The notes below the pieces were generated by a model. The model was not told where the DNA came from and did not search any database. It saw nothing but the letters and a program-made list of their open reading frames with translations. Positions 32,277 through 35,354 of a stretch of DNA of 35,354 nt are shown one piece after another. The first letter of the stretch is position 1, and every line of letters begins with the position of its first letter. The stretch is taken from NCBI RefSeq assembly GCF_003334355.1, contig NZ_QOWP01000035.1. One strand, given 5' to 3'. The position numbers and the translations under genes are program-made. Origin of the DNA: Escherichia coli (lineage in GTDB: Bacteria > Pseudomonadota > Gammaproteobacteria > Enterobacterales > Enterobacteriaceae).

Positions 32277-33931
32277 TCCGCGCGACCGCGCGCCAGCCAC
32301 AGCACGCGTGAGAACATTTTTTTCAGCAGCGTCGGTACGGAGTCCACACCACGACGTCCTGCCTCCATTGCCACTTCAATGGCAAGATCGGGTTTGGAAG
32401 AGCGATGGATCGCTTTCGAGATAATTTTGCGTAGATTCATCGGTACATTTTCCGGGATTTGCGCCATGCGGTGGAACACATCGGAAAATCCCTGGCGATA
32501 CATAAAATGTTCCATATCCAGCGCCGGTAACGCCGTTAAATGTTCTCGTTCGGCTTCCCGATCGTTATTCAACAGGCTGCGTACCGTAGCGGCATATTTC
32601 TTCCCTGCTTCATCGCCATCGACCAGTACATGCCATTCAATCCCCATTCGGCGGGCAAATTTAACCAGTGGCTTTAGCCCGGACTGGGCAAACTCAATGA
32701 CCTTGATCCCTTCGGCATCAAAATGATGTCCGCACTGACGCGCCAGTTCATTGATAACCCAGGTTTCCGTTTCCCCTTCCACCAGCAACCAGCAGCGTGC
32801 AAACAGCGATGACGGACGGTTAAAACGAATGTGAAAGGATATGCGTCGGCTATCTTCGGTACTCAAGCCACTCGGCCCCAGACGCCAGGCGGCAACGCGC
32901 GAGGACTCACGTACCAGTCGGCAAACATGCTCTACCGGCGTTAACGAAAGCAACTCACCCGAGTTGGTGGTGGCAATGCGCTGCAATGGCAGAAGATTCA
33001 ACAGATGCCAGGCAACTGAAAGCATAATGGGGTGTAAACGGGTTTCTGGATCTTCGATCAGCAACAATGGACGGGCGTCTTTATCCAGTCGCAATGTGCC
33101 TTTTGCCTGCAACAAAGTAGCAAACAGGCCGAGCAAAATAACCCGATACGAGCGCCCACCAGGTCGGTCAATCATCCGGTTGATGATATCCAGATAGCGC
33201 CAGCTTCGTTGCTCATTGCTGGCTCGCCGCCGCATTAAACGATATCGCGCCTGTCCGGCCCCCTGCTCAGAGAAATAATGCTCAAGCAGCTGTACCATTG
33301 CGGAAAGTCCCTGACGAATCTGCCCATCAGAGAGATTTTGCGGATGTGAGGATAACTCACGGGCGAGGAAATCGAGCTGGCGCGCGGTGACTTCCACATT
33401 AGGGACATTTGGCACCGTGCCGTTACGAATACGGCGCATAAAACGGGCATCACGCAAGCGCAGCACCGGCATTAAACGCACCAGATGGCGTGCCTGATCG
33501 TTAATATCCTCGACATCAATCGGATGTCCGTCTTTATCGAGAAAACTGCGCAGTGTCATCACGCTGCCGTCTTCCGCACTCTCCCCTTCCAGACGATAAA
33601 AAATACGGTGATAGCCATCGGTGCATGGCGTCCAGCACGCTTCCAGCGGCCGATAACGGCGAACCCGATGTCGGCCTGGCAGCGATTCGCGGAAGGTCAA
33701 AATAATATGCAGATGATGTTCTCGCCCGTTGATATCTCCCGGCGGGAACCAGAAATCGTCGCGCTCAAAATGGTAGAGATCTGATTCTGGCGATAGCAGC
33801 AGAGTTAAGGCGTCCAGCAAGCTGGATTTACCCCACGCGTTCTCCCCAATCAGGACGTTGTTTTGTTCCAGCATCAACGACAAACGGTTGATACCGCGAA
33901 AACCCACAATTTCAACGCGCTCAAGAATCAT
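32273..33931 (-). CDS. ybjD: Stand-alone OLD-family ATPase/TOPRIM nuclease, 552 aa
   Basis: ORF track; N-terminal Walker A GENAWGKSS, Walker B-like LLLIEDPETRLHP, C-terminal TOPRIM acidic motifs (LLVEGETE, VLVDGDEAGKK); stop codon overlaps the ybjX stop. Confidence 0.9.
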   Translation of the reverse strand: MILERVEIVGFRGINRLSLMLEQNNVLIGENAWGKSSLLDALTLLLSPESDLYHFERDDFWFPPGDINGREHHLHIILTFRESLPGRHRVRRYRPLEACWTPCTDGYHRIFYRLEGESAEDGSVMTLRSFLDKDGHPIDVEDINDQARHLVRLMPVLRLRDARFMRRIRNGTVPNVPNVEVTARQLDFLARELSSHPQNLSDGQIRQGLSAMVQLLEHYFSEQGAGQARYRLMRRRASNEQRSWRYLDIINRMIDRPGGRSYRVILLGLFATLLQAKGTLRLDKDARPLLLIEDPETRLHPIMLSVAWHLLNLLPLQRIATTNSGELLSLTPVEHVCRLVRESSRVAAWRLGPSGLSTEDSRRISFHIRFNRPSSLFARCWLLVEGETETWVINELARQCGHHFDAEGIKVIEFAQSGLKPLVKFARRMGIEWHVLVDGDEAGKKYAATVRSLLNNDREAEREHLTALPALDMEHFMYRQGFSDVFHRMAQIPENVPMNLRKIISKAIHRSSKPDLAIEVAMEAGRRGVDSVPTLLKKMFSRVLWLARGRAD

Positions 33932-34356
33932 ATCCCCTCCAGAAATATGTGACTTATCCTTTACGCTGGCAGTATAACGGGAAAGGCCTTGCTAATACGT
34001 GATGACATCACATTTAAGCATGGCAAATGTCTGAAAAATGAGCGAATAATCGCGTTATACTCCCTCTTGCTGATAAGTCTGCAAAAACAACAAAATCAAA
34101 TAATTAGCATGATAAATTATTTTTTATTACGCCTAAAGGATTAAATCTTTTGCGTGCACTACACTGTCAATCAGACAAATGACTATATGGGGCAACCCGC
34201 TGTTGCCCTAAATCAAATTTACTGGATTTATTTATCTGGTGAATGACTCGCCTTCGTTTTTAAAATAGCCGCGCATTATTTCCGTCGTCACTTTTTTACG
34301 ACGACCCTATAAAACGACCATATTTTTCACAGGGTCAATTTTTAATTGAGGTGGAT

Positions 34357-35052
34357 ATGTTCAGAAAATTAGCAGCTGAATGTTTTGGTACTTTCTGGCT
34401 TGTTTTTGGTGGCTGTGGTAGTGCTGTACTGGCCGCAGGCTTCCCGGAATTAGGCATTGGTTTTGCCGGCGTGGCGTTGGCGTTCGGTCTGACCGTTCTG
34501 ACGATGGCCTTTGCTGTTGGTCATATTTCTGGTGGTCATTTTAACCCGGCGGTCACTATTGGTTTATGGGCTGGCGGACGTTTTCCGGCAAAAGAAGTCG
34601 TTGGCTACGTAATTGCCCAGGTTGTCGGCGGTATTGTTGCAGCGGCGCTGCTGTATTTAATTGCCAGTGGTAAAACGGGTTTTGACGCGGCAGCCAGCGG
34701 TTTTGCTTCTAACGGTTATGGCGAGCATTCACCAGGCGGTTATTCCATGCTTTCCGCGCTGGTAGTTGAACTGGTATTGAGTGCAGGTTTCCTGTTGGTG
34801 ATCCACGGCGCAACCGACAAATTCGCGCCGGCAGGTTTTGCGCCGATCGCTATTGGTCTGGCCTTAACCCTGATTCACTTAATTAGTATTCCGGTGACTA
34901 ACACTTCTGTTAACCCGGCGCGCAGCACCGCGGTTGCTATCTTCCAGGGCGGCTGGGCATTAGAACAACTGTGGTTCTTCTGGGTGGTGCCAATTGTCGG
35001 CGGCATTATCGGTGGTCTGATTTACCGGACCCTGCTGGAAAAGCGTGATTAA
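34357..35052 (+). CDS. aqpZ: Aquaporin Z, 231 aa
   Basis: ORF track 34351..35052 (GTG-initiated) trimmed to ATG at 34357 ([19 protein letters not shown]); two NPA motifs (HFNPAV, VNPAR). Confidence 0.95.
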   Translation: MFRKLAAECFGTFWLVFGGCGSAVLAAGFPELGIGFAGVALAFGLTVLTMAFAVGHISGGHFNPAVTIGLWAGGRFPAKEVVGYVIAQVVGGIVAAALLYLIASGKTGFDAAASGFASNGYGEHSPGGYSMLSALVVELVLSAGFLLVIHGATDKFAPAGFAPIAIGLALTLIHLISIPVTNTSVNPARSTAVAIFQGGWALEQLWFFWVVPIVGGIIGGLIYRTLLEKRD

Positions 35053-35061
35053 TTAACGCAG

Positions 35062-35091
35062 AAGGCCTGGCGTAATGTCAGGCCTTTTTTT
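35062..35091 (+). terminator. Rho-independent terminator downstream of aqpZ
   Basis: aaggcctg-gcgtaatgt-caggcctt hairpin followed by T7. Confidence 0.8.
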
Positions 35092-35175
35092 AAGATGTTG
35101 TTATATGTTGATTCATCATCTTGTTGCGCTCCTTTCATGAGCTAAGCAACATATTGCCACTGGCGCAAGGAGCGC

Positions 35176-35207
35176 GCAGGGGGCGGCCAATCGCCGCCGC
35201 CCCCTGC
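35176..35207. repeat. GC-rich perfect 12-bp inverted repeat (gcagggggcggc / gccgccccctgc), 8-nt loop, inside a roughly 130-bp high-GC block
   Basis: Perfect inverted repeat seen directly; flanked by a second inverted repeat gcgctcctt (35126-35134) / aaggagcgc (35167-35175); base composition far above the window average; resembles E. coli GC-rich intergenic palindromic repeats (boxC-like), family not verified. Confidence 0.5.
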
Positions 35208-35354
35208 ACCCCCGGGCTCTGGCGAACAAAATCGCCGCTGCGCGGTGCCCTCGACTTATCCCTTACGGCTACCGGGTCGGGCGCGAGGTAACATATATGG
35301 ACGCTCCCGGAATGCAATGCTTTCTTCAGTTATGTAATAAAACGGGTAGGTGCA

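Noticed and set aside
35135-35317. 60-aa minus-strand ORF across the GC-rich palindromic block
   Set aside because: Open frames are expected by chance in high-GC palindromic DNA; the Ala/Gly/Pro/Arg-rich translation and absence of a start context argue against coding. An adjacent SD-ATG (about 35111-35134, minus strand) opens only a 9-codon frame.

Overview
The window reads as a contiguous, K-12-like Escherichia coli core chromosome segment, in reverse orientation relative to the standard map: ycaK, ycaN, ycaM, ycaD, ycaC, dmsCBA, serS, rarA, lolA, ftsK, lrp, trxB, cydDC, aat, infA, serW, clpA, clpS, cspD, macBA, ybjX, ybjD, aqpZ. Gene identities were recognised from the translated ORF track (motifs and remembered protein sequences); no database search was possible. 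Several ORF-track entries are N-terminally over-extended or begin at TTG/GTG and were trimmed to the start that has a Shine-Dalgarno sequence. I found no transposase, integrase, prophage or cas gene. The most notable feature is a short orphan type I-F CRISPR array (4 repeats, 3 spacers) between serW and clpA; it sits in the interval where E. coli I-F systems are known to reside, so it looks like a known relic rather than a new system. I see no convincing evidence of a previously undescribed system. Other items worth a second look are the stand-alone OLD-family ATPase/nuclease ybjD, a GC-rich palindromic element downstream of aqpZ, 39-bp in-frame tandem repeats in the ftsK linker, and several regulatory sites (LexA box at ftsK, FNR box at dmsA, a perfect palindrome upstream of lolA).
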